Below, one piece after another: positions 63,511-64,000 of a stretch of DNA of 64,000 nucleotides (positions are counted from its first letter, which is position 1; every line of letters begins with the position of its first letter). The translations under genes were made by a program, and so were the position numbers. The DNA lies in contig NIVC01000825.1 in NCBI GenBank assembly GCA_002269645.1, positions 124,001 through 188,000 on the forward strand. The letters are read 5' to 3'. The DNA comes from Macrostomum lignano (lineage: Eukaryota). The notes under the pieces were generated by a model, which was not told the origin of the DNA, searched no databases, and saw only the letters and a program-made list of their open reading frames with translations.

Positions 63511-64000
63511 AACATAATTCTACAATTATATCAAACTTATTTATTCTAAAAAAGTAGAAAACTTCTTTTGTTTCCAATTGGCCCTCATCAAAAGGAAGTT
63601 GCAAGACCAGTCAGCTTCATTTTATTCTGGCGGGAGGGGCCCAATTTATTCATTGGAAATAAAGAAAGTAGGCGGACAAAAATAATTCGACACCGATAAC
63701 TCCGATCCCCCCAAGAGGATTAAAGAGGCTGCGATGGGATGGGGTTCCGAGCGCCGGCGCCTCCCCTCCCGCGGGATCGGCACACTGTGGGAACTATATT
63801 GCTCCCGAATAGGACAGCTCTGGTCCGCTCTCGTTGGAGAAGACGAGAGCGGAGGCAGAAAGTTGCAGACGGAAGAAGACCGAGGCAAAGGCGAATGCGA
63901 AGACGGGGAGCCGGACAAGATGGACCGGAGAGAGCGGAGAGAGCGAGTGTGCGAGCTGGGAGAAACTAGGAAGAAATCCCCGAGTTGCGAGTTCGCTGAG

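Noticed and set aside
63640-64000. GC/purine-rich stretch resembling an LTR or 5' UTR
   Set aside because: Truncated by the window edge; no second copy or diagnostic termini visible

Overview
Eukaryotic (metazoan) genomic DNA. GC-rich exons, AT-rich intergenic DNA and minisatellite-filled introns resemble a Macrostomum-type flatworm genome (inference only). Host genes, all on the minus strand: (1) a divergent Ig+FN3 protein with 7 phase-consistent exons at 210-10856, running off the left edge; (2) an RNF216/TRIAD3-like RBR E3 ligase (24063-28689); (3) eIF3i (30691-32567); (4) the 3' exons of endophilin A (60128-62826). A tRNA-Asn(GTT) lies at 17842-17915 on +. A transposon cluster fills about 21 kb between eIF3i and endophilin: a young Ty3/Gypsy element (36542-43109, +), an intact single-ORF Mag-like Gypsy with identical LTRs (46204-50811, -), a full-length Loa-like LINE with RNase H (50925-56895, -) and an RTE-like fragment. 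Best finding: the 5' end of the LINE folds by eye into a complete HDV-like (CPEB3-type) self-cleaving ribozyme with a ~140-nt structured J1/2 insertion. Its predicted cleavage site coincides exactly with the element boundary defined by the target-site duplication. Also noted: a candidate -1 frameshift signal, several MITEs with TSDs, an orphan E2F/CCAAT/TATA promoter, and intron minisatellites that tend to start close to 5' splice sites.
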